From positions 1 to 64,000 of the forward strand of contig JAMDHS010000077.1 of NCBI GenBank assembly GCA_029717555.1: a stretch of 64,000 nt of DNA. The letters run 5' to 3'. A program made the translations under genes and the position numbers. Positions within the stretch are counted from its first letter, which is position 1; each line of letters opens with the position of its first letter. Shown in pieces: positions 26,601-40,266 of this stretch. The notes beneath the pieces are model-generated. The model did not search any database and was not told where the DNA came from. It saw nothing but the letters and a program-made list of their open reading frames with translations. This DNA comes from Peribolospora baueri (Eukaryota).

Positions 26601-26755
26601 TCAACGAGCCGATCGATCAATCCGCGATGACGATCGTGCTCCTTGTCCTTATCCTTGCCTTTGTTCTTGTCTTTGTGTTTGTCGTTGATAGGCACGACGG
26701 CGGGCTTGACGGTTCGAAGCGCCTCCGCCGACGACGTCGATGCCGACGTCGTCAT
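23633..26755 (-). CDS. COG7: Conserved oligomeric Golgi complex subunit 7 (single exon)
   Basis: Long uninterrupted ORF with IDDISRAVPRLTYDL, LREAEAW, PSFSLSPTETMSRVAEGLLNLPRLFE and GARQLASDLAYLSNVVAAL, which are typical of COG7. Confidence 0.85.
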   Translation of the reverse strand: MTTSASTSSAEALRTVKPAVVPINDKHKDKNKGKDKDKEHDRHRGLIDRLVDELDAAESVEAWVDGVLMSPEEKGLGHGMGQGPGLDLGQGQGQGQGQGQGQGQGQGQDQSQGRGERDLDLAAVDRRIGSLVGQVDIASQDTASALDKTIDDISRAVPRLTYDLEFMRDAALALRSELRRVRERTTAAVDTETATALDELARLDLVKADMEAAREVLREAEAWNTLESDITSYVAERNWEKAAERMAEAQRSMPFFANRPEYEGRRALMVSLQNQLEAALSSALVSAINAHDAHACSRYRSIFALIQRDDEFRRYYFGSRRAPLLASWKDAPLSDAPATTTQAVQQPSASVLFKLSDFLPRFYSDLQEVVNEERVYIPAIFPDPPATLSAFLQSIIDNLDPPLSIRLDQSVQAHNATALVELIRAYHATEEFATAAARIMAKLTFASLSPSSPALETTQLPGSTTASGATKSSRKPSRRLSRRLSVAPPPPSAMIGEAAALWEQVLFDPFLEWQVSYGSLEKKLLRAEWEKEMKQRKAAAAPGDGAAEDSRTLWEKALTAFGLAEDALGRAFAFTHGLGAVGLVEAVDDLFVTLLTASRVDLERYGDLRRDRGAAASGTPLVGETDEFDFEGLDYSNDDWSAVQLGLRLLDTAQGVLDRLSGFENDLRARLRDVGRSLREAKGNGSAAAAPPPPSAAPPVAVGAASGTSKGALLLLQQSPLNSVHLRALIDSSEAAGPTPIPTIGWTMSHHKSTHLLSGARSALTAYTRSTQLFLQDTILGPLEAYLSQYATLPTWTSTGRKDTLSQLDVQIPSFSLSPTETMSRVAEGLLNLPRLFEVYAEDDSLAFSIATLPHVNASAFAPTPATPSPDVPPPSARRASFIASPSPEGGAADARPPHRRSPSLAFSSSGATNLKPPPPPADATTTGADEGRPSPPRLSAQMALSAWLSSLTLSLLHHLTTAVLPTITLLSEPGARQLASDLAYLSNVVAALNVDAAELERWKQVAEMTDEEGRAAVAAGRGKEDDVFDKVARIRRWTS
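26418..26520. repeat. Coding hexanucleotide repeat (poly-GQ) within COG7
   Basis: (CCTTGA/CCTTGT)n, translating as GQGQGQGQ. Confidence 0.85.
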
Positions 26756-27726
26756 GGCCGTGAAAGCTGTTCGTGAGCTGGACCGGGGCAGTCCAGCGGG
26801 GTAAGGAATCTGTGACAAACCGGAAAGGGTGACAAAAAAGGGGGGCGAAGGAAGGAAGGAAGGAAGGAAGGTGTGTATAGAGGGATGATGGGATGGCGGT
26901 GGCTTAGCTGACGATTCGCAATCCGACGTCGAGTCTGACATGTCAACCTCGCTCAACGTCCTCCGCCGCCGATCTTGCCGCAGCACACAAGTAAGTGGAA
27001 CGATCAGAACCGCGGGTTAATGGATACAGCCAGACCGGCCGCGCTCACAGACGACGGCACACGGGCAAGAAACCGGGTGACGAACAGACGAGATGAGATT
27101 GGGAGAAACGAGCGGCAGGGACGGCAGGGTCTGGGTTGAAGGTAGAAAGTACACGGATGGGGGGCGGGGCGGAGAAGAACGGAACGAAACGAAGAAGGGG
27201 AATGAAAGGAGGGTGAAGACGAAGAGACGGGCGCGAGGGTGGAGAGAAAGGAGAGCGAGCGACACACGGAGAGACACGGAGAGAGAGAGAGAGAGGAGAC
27301 AGAGAGTGACACAGAGAGAGACAGAGATATAGAGAGAGAGAGAGCGAGCGAGCGCGCATCGGCCTAGCGCGCGCCCGCCACCAAGATGAGGCGAAGGTGT
27401 GAGGGAGGAAGGCGAAGGAGGAAAGAAAGGGTGGAGGTGAGATGGGGGGAAGGAAGGAAGGAAAGAAAAGGGACAGGCGACGGAAACGGGCAGAGGTGAG
27501 GACGGAGGAAAGGATAGCATGGATGGAACGGAAGGAAACGAGGTGGTCGGTTGGACATGACGAACATGAGGCACGAAGAGAGAGAGTGTGAGTTGGTGAC
27601 ATGAGCGCGGCGAGAAAAGAGACAAGACGAGACCGGGAGGACAAAGGAAGCCGAGGGGGGATGACGCCGTCGAACGGTCGACATACGCCGGGACGAAGAG
27701 GAGCCGGGTTACGGAGCCAAGTGATG

Positions 27727-27780
27727 GAGTCCGGTAACAAGAGTCCGGTGACAGAGTCCGGTACCAGAGTCCGGTGACAG
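27727..27780. repeat. 13-bp minisatellite x4 (consensus GAGTCCGGTGACA, variant ends)
   Basis: Visible tandem array between the CDC24 stop and the COG7 start. Confidence 0.8.
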
Positions 27781-27973
27781 AATGGACGAAGCGCCGGAGA
27801 AGCCGAGGCAAAGGAAAGAGGCAAGGGGAGGGGGGAGAGGGAGGGCAAGATATCCATCCGGTGCAAATCAGCGGTCGAGCATGGGATCGAGAGGGGTATC
27901 GGTTGGGTAACGCCGGGGGGGAAGAGAAGATCCTCTGATGAGGGATGGATGGATGGAACGACGTGGGTGAAAC

Positions 27974-30900
27974 TCAATAGACGAACAGCTCGACATCCGA
28001 GGCCTGATTCCGAGAAAGCTCAAAGGCCATCTGGACATCATCGTCAGAGCTCATCGTAATCTTATCGCCATCCTCATCCACGTACTTGACCCTCAACGGC
28101 AGGTGCGAATCTTCGTTGCGCCGGCCGCCGCAGAGGCGAACCTTCTTTGCCACCTTGTCCATCAGCTCGGTGTGTCGAATGGAGGAGAGGACGACGACGA
28201 CGAACAGGTCCTCGCCAAAGTGCACCCTGACCTTGACGGCGCTCGCCTGCGCCACTCCGCCGGCCGCGGCGGAGAGCAAACCATAAGGCGAGGCGCTCGT
28301 CGGCGTGTTCGAGTTCGCACGTCCGGTGAGGAGCGCCGCGGAGCCGGAGCCGTTGCTGCTCGTGATCGGCGAGCTGGCCGCCGTCGATTGCGGCTGGGAT
28401 CGGTCGGACTGGATCGAGTTGATCGTCGAGCCGCTGGAAGATGACAGCCGATGCGGCTGTTGGGCGTGCCCGTTACCGCTACCGTTGCCATTGCCGACGC
28501 CGTTCACGTGGACGGCGTTGAACTGGCCAGCCGGGACGCCCATAGAGCTGCCGGTGCGGTGAACGGCCGGGGAGTCGCCTCTCCTCATCCTGTCCTCGTA
28601 CGCCGCCTCACCCTCCCACGACTGTTGCGAGTGCGACGCGGCGAGCGGCGGCGGCATCGGCGGGCTCGCGACGCCCGGCGTGACCTGGTACACGTTCGGG
28701 CTGCTCTCCGCCCGCTTGCGCAAGAGAGGCGACGACGCGCCGGCGCCGCTCTGCGATTCGCCTCGAGATCGAGTCCGTGGAACTCCACTGGACCGGTGAT
28801 CCGCGCTGCTGCTGCTACTACTGCCACCAGCACTACCACCACCACCGCCGCCGTCCTGTCCGCCCGCCTCCATGTACTCCACATCTTCCGGCCGAGGCGC
28901 AGAAGGGACGCGTTGGAAGCCGCCCGGTCCGCCCTGGCGGAGACCTCTGGAGCTGGTCGACTTGCGCAAGTAGGGCGGTGCGGGTGGGGCGACAGAGGAG
29001 GTGCTGGTGGCCGCCGTACTGGTGCTCATCGTGGCATACGACTCGGAGCCAGAGGAGGTGGTGGAGGTGGACATGCTGGACATGCCGCGCGGGAGCGGGG
29101 GCGGAGGCTGGGCGTGCTGGAACGGCATGGCGGGCGAGTGGGAGCGCCACTGTTGCATGACGTTCGAGTCTTGGTCCTCCGTCCGCGCTCGCGGACGGTA
29201 GTGCTGCTGCTGGTCTGGGGGGTACGTTCGCTCGGCCGGAGGCATGGACTGGGCGGCGCGGTGGCTCATTGGGGTGGAACGACCTGAGCGAGAGGAATTC
29301 ATGGACATGGACAAACCCTCGTCGTCGTACACGCCCTCCATCTCGTCGTCCTCGAACCTGTTGCTGCCGTTGGTCATGCCGCCCGGCGCAGAGAAGGGCA
29401 TGGACGAGTATTCGGAGACGGGCGTCTGAGGGAACATGCTGCCCGGCTGGCCGGATATGGAGCCGATGGTACCGCGGCGGCCGTTGGCGCCCTGTCCGGC
29501 GTAGTTGCTGCTGAGGGAGGAACCGCTGAGGTGCATGGCGGCTTGAGCACGGCGGGCGGCGACGTCATCGATGAGCCGGTTGATCTGTGCCTGCCACTGT
29601 CGGAGTTGCTCCTCGTTTCGGCACTTGAGGGTGAAGGACTCTTGATCATAGTCGCCTCGCCACCAGACCTGGAGGGAATATGTGCCTGTAAGGGAAAGGG
29701 AGAGGGGGAGAGAGACAAAAAGGCATTCGGCTCGCGACTCTTCTAATTTCCACTCTCTCTCGACCCGGCACGGCCGACTCACCGATCCGATTGTTAGTAT
29801 ACGCGCCGGTGACATTGTTAATAAAGATGCGTCCCTTGAGCTGCAACTTGGTATTCTTCTTTCCAGGGAAAGGAGCCCCTTTCTGCTTGAGCAACGAATT
29901 GCTCTTGGATACCTTTTTCTGGTTCGGCAACACTTCCTTGCAGCAGAGGAGGATGCGCTCGAAGAGGTAGACGTGGTACTCGCGCTCCGTCTCACTCTTG
30001 GCGACCATGAAGACGTCCTGAAGGAGGAGGTTGCCGAACGTCTCGATCCGGTGTCCCTTCCACTCCTCCACCCTCGCCTCCAGGTCCTTGACGTGCTGGA
30101 TGTTCTCTTGGAGCCGGCTCGTCTCGTTGACGCGGTCAGTTATGCGCTTGATGACGGTGAGGCCGTCCAGGAGCTCCTGATAAAAGGGGGCGTCCGGTTC
30201 GGTCTTTTTGACGATCTGCTCGAGGAGGAGGGGGTATTTGCAGATGCGCTGGACGGGCTTGATGAGGAAGGTAGGAAGCTCGTAGGTGGGATCGAGGATG
30301 TTGTTGCGCATGAGGTTGGGCATCTCATTGTTGATGATCTCGAGTGCGTTGGAGTAGTTGGCACAGAAAGGCTCGTAGACGGCAAAGTCATTTTCCATGG
30401 TCATGAAGACGTGTCCAAAATGCTGATCGTCCGGCGGCCTGCGTACGTTTTCCTCCACGCAAATGAGGAAGCGACGCTGGACGTCGACGAGGGTGTTGAG
30501 GTTTCCGAAGAGGGAGTGGATGGTGTCGACGGGAAGAATGTCGTTCTGTGCCAGTTCTCTGGCGTACGTCTGAAGGGGGAGCGAGCGATACGATGAGCTC
30601 ACGTCGTATCGCCGGCCCGGTCGTCCACGCGACGGACGCACCTGCAAGACCTCGAGATCTTGAACATACTTGCGCTCCGTCTCGAGGAGCTCCCTGACGA
30701 CCTTTGCGCGATCGTCGATCGGGTGATCGACGTCGTCATGGCCGGAGCCGGTGCGGGCGGACTCTACGAGGAGGCCTCGTTCGTCGAGGGTGTCTACGAG
30801 TCTTCCCACGGTGTAGACGACCTGATGGACGAGAAGGGAAGGGAGGAGAAGGGAAGGAAGGAGAAAGGAAGAAAGAGGGAAAAGGATGAGAAGAAGGAGA

Positions 30901-31641
30901 GGGATGACGACGACGGATATGCGCCGGACAGACCTTGACAAATCCGTTGGTGTCATTGAGGTATAGCTGGCTGACGGTAAAGATGTCGTCAGGGTCCCAA
31001 TCGAGTTCTGCCTTGAGGGCGATGATAAACTTGGCCACGGCGGCCTTGCATTCCTTTGCGTTGCGGCTCGCGGTGGCGTCGAGGTTGACGGGGAGGAGCT
31101 TGGCGGGACGGAGGGTGTTGAAGATGAAGCAGAGGGGCGAGCCGAGGCGGAAGCACTGCCAGAGCTGGGTGACGGGGTCGCTGCTCGTCTTGGGCGGCGC
31201 GGGCGAGGCGGAGGAGGGCGGTGGTGGTCTTGGGGAGTCGGGGGGGGTGTTGGGGGTGGAAGAGGGTGTGCGGGGGAGGGAGGAGGAGGAGGAGGACGAG
31301 GCGATGGGGGTGGCGGTGGCGGGGCGGTCGACGTCGACGAGGTCGAGGAACTGGTCAAAGCCGGGGACGCAGTAGAGCCTGCTCTTGAGGGCGAGACAAG
31401 TCTGATAGAGGGAGCCCATGGCGGGCTTGTTGATGATGCTGCCGTTGCCGCCCATCATCATGCTCAACGAGGAGCCCATGGCGGACGAGGTGGGGCTGGC
31501 CATGGGTGTGCCGCCAGCGGAGCCGATGCCGCCAGACGCGCCGACACCTGGCTGGGAGAAAGGGGGAGCGTTGGAGAAGGCGCCGTTGGGCGAGTCGGCG
31601 TGGGGCCGTTCGGCGCGCGACATCTTGCGAGAGGTGGTCAT
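27974..31641 (-). CDS. CDC24: Rho GEF Cdc24/Scd1 (CH, DH, PH, PB1 domains)
   Basis: DPVTQLWQCFRLGSPLC (CH); ELLETERKYVQDLE and FLIKPVQRICKYPLLL (DH); YLFERILLCCKE and LQLKGRIF (PH); RVKYVDEDGDKITMSSDDDV (PB1). Confidence 0.95.
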
Positions 31642-32199
31642 GGCGGGCGGAGAGGGGGGAAGGGGGGAGCGGGGGCGGCGAGAAGCCGCGACGACGCGGG
31701 GTGGGGTGGCCGGTGGGTTGGTAGAGTAGAGGAGGAGAGAGGAGAAAGGAGAAGGGTGGCGAGGTGGAAGGAGGAGAAGAAGAAGAAGAGGAGGAAGGAG
31801 ATGGAGATGGAGATGGAGATGGAGCCGACGTCGAGGTGAGGTCGATGGTGAGGTCGATGGTGAGGTCGATGTCAAGACGACGAGGCGAGGCGAACGGCGG
31901 CGACGACCGATGGATGGACGGGCACGAGGGCAGAGAGAGGGGGAGTAGGCGGGCGCGGGTTAATTGGCATCCACAATGGGCATTTCGTCGGCTTCTAATT
32001 GGCATCCGCTCGGCATTTAATTCCTTTTCAGCCCGGCCATGGCCCGCGTTCACCGCTTATGTCCTTGCCGCGGATCGATCGATAGATAGATGGGCAACCA
32101 CACACACACACGCACAGACAAGACCCGACCCACACACAACAGATACGCACGCTCGTAGTCGCAACGCCGCAGCAGCTGGCAGCGTGACCAGCGAGCGAA

Positions 32200-33140
32200 G
32201 AAGAAGACAACCACAACGACGACGACGACAACAACAACAACGACAACGACAACAACGATGCCGTCGGATTGTTTGTCGATCTGACGACGTCCTCGCCCCC
32301 TCGCCCTCCTCACCTGGCCTGCTCGCCGGCGCGTGTCGTACCGTGTACCGTGTCGTGCTGGTGCTGCCCTTTGCTCGCTGCCTGTCCCCCCTCGACCCAG
32401 AGTGACTAGACTCGCGACCGACTCGCCTCGCCTCGCCTCATCTCACCTCGCTCTCTTCCTCCCTTCCTCCCTTCCTCGACGACAACACCGGCCACGTGTC
32501 CGCGCTCATCGCCGTTCGACACGTGCGCCCCGACCGCGGAGCGCACCCGTTGCCGTTGCCGTTGCCCAATGCGACCGAGCCGACCGAGCCGTCGGCCTAG
32601 GCGCGCTATTTATTACCTTGTCTGTCTGCTTGCCTGCCCGCTCATCCTCCCTCTTCTTCTCTCTACGTTTTCGTCTTCATCTTCGTCTTCGTCTTCGTCT
32701 TCGTCTCCTTCTCCTTCTCCTTCTCCGTCTCGCCTGGATCGCCCTGGCCCTGCGCACTGACCTCGGCCGCATGGAACCGACCGAGGGACCGACGCTTCTG
32801 TACATACCCTCCGTCGTGCAAGGAACCAGCCAGTCATGTATGTGGCCCGACCGACCGACCGACCCGCGTCTCCTTCCTCCGCTCCATCCTGCCATGATCC
32901 TGACCGCCTTGTTCGTCTTCGAGAAAAACAAAGACAGAGTGTGTTTGTCTGTGTGCGTGTCTCCGTCCTTCTCTTCACACACGCACACCGTCGCCGCGTC
33001 GTGTTGTGACCACCGAGTGTATGTATGTATGTATGTATGTACGCAGGCAGGCAGGTAGGTACATGTATGTATGCAGTAGGCACGTAAATGTATGCATAGG
33101 CGCGCATGCACCAGCTCCACCCACCCACCCACCCAGTTTG
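32200..33140. repeat. Microsatellite-rich intergenic tract ((ACA/ACG)n, (TCTTCG)n, (TATG)n, (CCCA)n)
   Basis: Multiple simple tandem repeats are directly visible. Confidence 0.75.
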
Positions 33141-33904
33141 CAGTACGCAAGCCCAATATAGAAAGGCGAAGAAAAAGGAAAAGAGTCCTTCGCTCCCGTC
33201 GGAGCTAAACCAAGCCACCAAGTGCTCGACATCCCTCCGTTCATCCGTCCGGCCGGCCAGCCGTGGGTGGCCGTCACGACCAGACCGTCCTCGCCGTCAC
33301 GTCCATCCATCCATCATGACCACAATCATGTTCAGACAGCCCAAGTCGTATGACACGACGACAAGCCGGCTAACCCTTCTCGCTCTCCCTGACCAAACCA
33401 AACCAAAACCAAAACCAAAAGCCAAGCCAACGTCAAGCCAACGTCGCTCGCCGTGGACCATGCGCCGAAACGTGCGTGCGTGCGTCCATAGACACGTACG
33501 CACCCGCACCCGATCCACGTTCTCCCTTCGCACCCGCACCTCGCTTCGAATGCCAGCCAGCCAGTTAGGGCGGGCCATCCATGTACAAACGCTCCTTTCC
33601 TATTCATCCTTCGTTCATTTCGTTCCTTCATTTCTTTACATCCCCTCCTTCGTCCTTCGTCCTTCTCCAATCCGTCGGATCGGAAACGGGAACGGAAACG
33701 GGAAACAAAGACGCGCGGTGACGAGGTAGACACGATCAATCGATACACCCACCCACTCTCGAGTCCGCTTTTTCGAGTACACGAACCGCGTCGATGCGCG
33801 CGAGGGTTGAGACGACGAACGACGACGAAACGACAGCTAAACAACAACTAAACAACAACACCTAAACAACAACTACTACTACGACTACTGTCTCTTTCCT
33901 CCGC

Positions 33905-36300
33905 TCACAGCTCGTCGTGCTTGCTCTTCTTCTCAGCCTCGCCAGTCGCCTCCTTGACCTTCTCCGTGGCCTCCCCGACAACCTCCTCAGCGGCCTCCTT
34001 GACCGGCTCCGCCGCCGCCTTCTCCTCCTCCTTCTTCTCCTCCTTCGGCGCCAGCTCCACCTTGTTCACCATCTTGGTCTCGAGGAAGGAAACAAAGTCC
34101 TCCAAGTCGCGTCCGCCGTTATAGTCTTCCAACTTCCTGCTCCCCGCCGGCTTGAACTTGATCGTAGGGAACGAGGAGACGGAGAAGCCGGCCGACGGAG
34201 GCACGTCGTTCTCCGTCGCGTCCATCTTTGCGATCAAGATCTTGTCCTGCATCATGCCGGGACGCAAAGATCGATCGAGTTAGCGTCGAGCTGCGCGCCA
34301 TCTCCCAATCACCCCACGGCCGTCTCACCTTGTGGTCCGCGTACTTCTCACCGAGCTCGTCCCAAGTGGGAGCGAGGCGCTTGCAGTGACCGCACCCTGA
34401 TCGACACGACAATGAATAAGAGCGAGGATGAGCGACACAACACCACACCGCAAGAGTCGAAGCGCAGCGCAAACACCCACAAGGCGCATAAAACTCGACC
34501 AGCGCGTCCTTCTTGTCATCGAACACCACCTCCTCAAAGTTGTCCGCCACCAGCACGTACACCGGCCCGTCCTGCTTCTCCGGCACCTCCTGGCTCTTCA
34601 CATCCGGCTGAAGCTCCTTCGCGTTGTACTTGTTCACGTACGCCGTCACCACCTCGACCACGTTCGACGGCGTAATCTCAGCGCCCTTCAGCGGGTACTT
34701 GGCGTTGGCCTCGATTTCCTGGATCGCAAACGCCGGCCACTCGGTGCCCTTGATGTTGAGCGCCTGAGCGTGCTGGGCAAACTTCTTCGCGTCAATCCAC
34801 ACAAAGTTCATCTTGCCCTTCTGCTCCGCCGCCACCTTCCTCAGCGACTCGATCAGAGCCTCCTTGTCCGCGCTCTCAGGATCGATGAACAAGTACGCCA
34901 GCGGCACCTTGGCCTGTGCGTACTTGGCAAAGTTGTGAGCCCCGACCTCGTCCACGAGCGGCAGCGACTCGGCCTTAATGAAAGCCTCGATGTTCTCGGC
35001 GGTGATCGAATCCTTCAGAGGCACCTTGCCCTCGTCGAACGATTTGAAGACCACGATGGCCGGCGCGGTCACCTCGGCCTTCTTGAGCACCTCCGCGTCG
35101 GTCGCCTGGCCAAACAGGTACTCGTCCCGGAGCTTGTCGGCCACCTCGCTCAACACCTTCTGGTGCGCCTTGTCGCTCTCCTCGAAGAAGCCCACGACGA
35201 CGACGGGGTCGTCCTTCTGGAAGGTCTCAAAGTTGTCCAAGGTGACTTCCGACACGGCGGGGAGAGCTTGCCTGGGAGACGGGGGGCCAGAAAAGGAAAC
35301 GCCACTGAGGACCAGGGCTGAAGAAAAGGCGGAGGCGACTCGACCGCGACCCACTCACTTCTTCATGTAGTGCACAATTCCGTCCGTCTTCCTCGGGCCC
35401 TGGTAGTCGGTGGACTGACCTTTCCGGAACACCTTGAGGGTGCTGTGCCGAAGCAACATGGGATGTGTTATGAGATGCCCTGCACACATGCAATTCCCGG
35501 TGCGATGATCACAAGGGCAAACTCACGGGTAGCCGGCGACGCCCTGCTCAGTGCAGAGGTCGGTCTCCTCGGTGCAGTCGACCTTGGCGACCTTGATGCT
35601 GTCGTTCTTGAGAATGGTGGCCGCCTCTTCGTACTGAACTCCCGGCGGAGACGCAGGTATAAATGACGAGCGATCAGCGTACTTGTCCCTCGCTGGAGCC
35701 CAAGCTGCGTCGACGCCGGGAAGCGCACTCACATGGGGGGCGAGAGCCTTGCAATGACCGCTAGACATCGGAAAGAAGAAGGAAATGGGAAAGATGAAGG
35801 GAAAGATTAGCCAAAGGAGCGGGACAGCCCATGGTCTCGAGTGCGGGATAACGGACTTGAGGCACGCACCACCTGCGCGCAGAGGCACGGGAAAAGCGAA
35901 GCGCGAAAGTTTGGGCGTAAGCATGCAATCCTCCTCATCCAACACGACCACGTCTTCGCTATGGAAAAAGAGCAGAGACTCACCAAGGGGCGAAGAACTC
36001 GACGAGCATGAGAGCCTGAACGAAAGACAGATGGGCATGAAGGGTCGAGGTGAGCGACTGGAACGGTACCGCTGACAGACGGAGCAGGCCTACGCCGCTT
36101 GCTGAAGCGAACATAACGGGCGATGACGAGAGAGAAAGCGTTCGGGCACGCACCTCAGGCTCGACCTGGGCCTTGAAAGTGTCCTTGGTGAGGGTGATCA
36201 CATCCGACTCCTTGTCGACGGCGGCGACGCCTTGGAAGAGAACGGAGGAGCCCAGGAGGGCGAGGGAGGCGGCGAGCGCCTGGCGAGGCTGGAAGCGCAT
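33905..36300 (-). CDS. PDI1: Protein disulfide isomerase
   Basis: Signal peptide; LVEFFAPW/GHCKALAP and VEFYAP/CGHCKRLAP thioredoxin sites split by introns; AKMDATEND; ends HDEL*. Confidence 0.95.
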
Positions 36301-36997
36301 CGCGGAGGAGCAGAGGTGGGAAGCGGACGAGCGGTATGAGACGGTGGGAGGGCGTACCAGCGCAGGGTGAGGCTCCGCTGCGTCGGAGTGGTGGTGATGG
36401 CGGCGGTGGTGGTGGTGGTAGTACAAACGATGGACGAGATCTGCCAGCGCACACCTTTTACGAGCAGAGCCGGCGACGTCAAGAATGTGCAAGGGGCAGG
36501 CCAGCAGCGCTCCACTCCCGGTGGCCCGTCCGCCGGTTGCCAGCTGTCCAACGCCCGGACGTATCGGCGCTTGGCGGCTTTTCTGCGGCGCCAGGGGTGG
36601 CCCAACCACGGAGTGGGCGCGAGAACGAGCGAGCGACCTTCCTTAGGGCCGGCAGGAGGCATTCCCAGGTCTCACTCCGGCATTCATATTCGATATTAAA
36701 TTGCTTGTTTCACTACCCCCCGGAATGCTTTGCATCCACTCAACCCACATACAGCCACCGTACACCTCACGCCTAGCGCCCTCACGCTCACTCCCTCGAT
36801 TCGACCAAGGTGCAGAAAAGAAAACGCGGGGTAGATTACACGGCGTTCCAGGGATGAATGGGAAAAGGAAGGAACGGAGGGGAGGGAAGAATGCACCTGG
36901 GATTATCGATGAACGACAGTGGGCGGTGGGTGGGACGGAAGTGCGAGATCGGTCTAGGGGAGCATCCGCGGACAGTCGACGCTTACGAGCTCGGTGC

Positions 36998-39414
<2,417 letters not shown>

Positions 39415-40266
39415 GGTGGCGACAGTGAGGAGCACAGAGGCACGCTACGCTGAGCGAACGGAGAGGGAAGCGGGAAAGGAGAAAAGGTGTGTTGGGGTGG
39501 AACGACGGAAAGCTTGCCCTTCTTCGAATCCCGACCGAAGCGCCGACGCACCCGCTTGTCGCCGAGTTACCACGTGCTCTGTCGGCCGCAGCAGTCGCGA
39601 ACCCACCCCCATTGCCTTCCGATCATACATCGGAGTGCTCCTTCCGTCACCATCAACAGGCGCCGACCGCGCCCAGTAACGTGGACCCTACGCGCCACGA
39701 TGACAACAAAGCTTGCGATTGCATTTCGTGGGGCTCTCTTCTGGTTTCAGGGTAAACAACGCTCCTCCAGCACGTTCTCCATGCTACCCTGTTCAACCAA
39801 GTGTCGTTAGAGATCCAGGTTGTTCCTGGGAAATGGAACTTGCTGGTGTCTCATGAATCATTCCGACCTCTCCTCTTCCAACCCCGCCTCAAGTCCTCCA
39901 CAGCGCGTTCCGTCCTCAAAAAAAAGACAAAATTATGTACCGATCGTCTTAGACCGCGCCGCAGGACGGTCTGGCCGACGGCCGGTCGAGCGCATAGGAA
40001 ATACAGGCGTCCCGTTGCATCGTCTATCGAAGAGGATGACTCGTATGGAGATACTGTTGAAGACGACGTTCGCCTACGCCTACTACGAACGCATAAGAAC
40101 AAGGAGCGTGGAAGACAGGCCCAATCCATGGATTCCACAAAGCCAACGACATCGAGGGGATTTGAAAGTCCGTAAGAAAGAGGATAGCGAAAAACGAAAG
40201 CCCCAGAGTAGCGGAACCCGATCGGCGAACAGAGGTCGGCGACATGGCCCTTCGACAGGGTGCCCC

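Noticed and set aside
24463..26776. Long antisense and alternate-frame ORFs over COG7 (similarly over CDC24, PDI1 and LPD1)
   Set aside because: These are shadow ORFs caused by high GC3 codon bias.
27004..27977. ORFs of 260-310 aa rich in Ser/Pro/Leu/Phe
   Set aside because: They arise from pyrimidine/purine microsatellite-rich intergenic DNA and contain no domain.
31764..33850. Many overlapping ORFs between CDC24 and PDI1
   Set aside because: They are translations of simple repeats.
39450..40260. ORFs of 120-190 aa between LPD1 and the permease
   Set aside because: There are no recognisable motifs or consistent splice structure.
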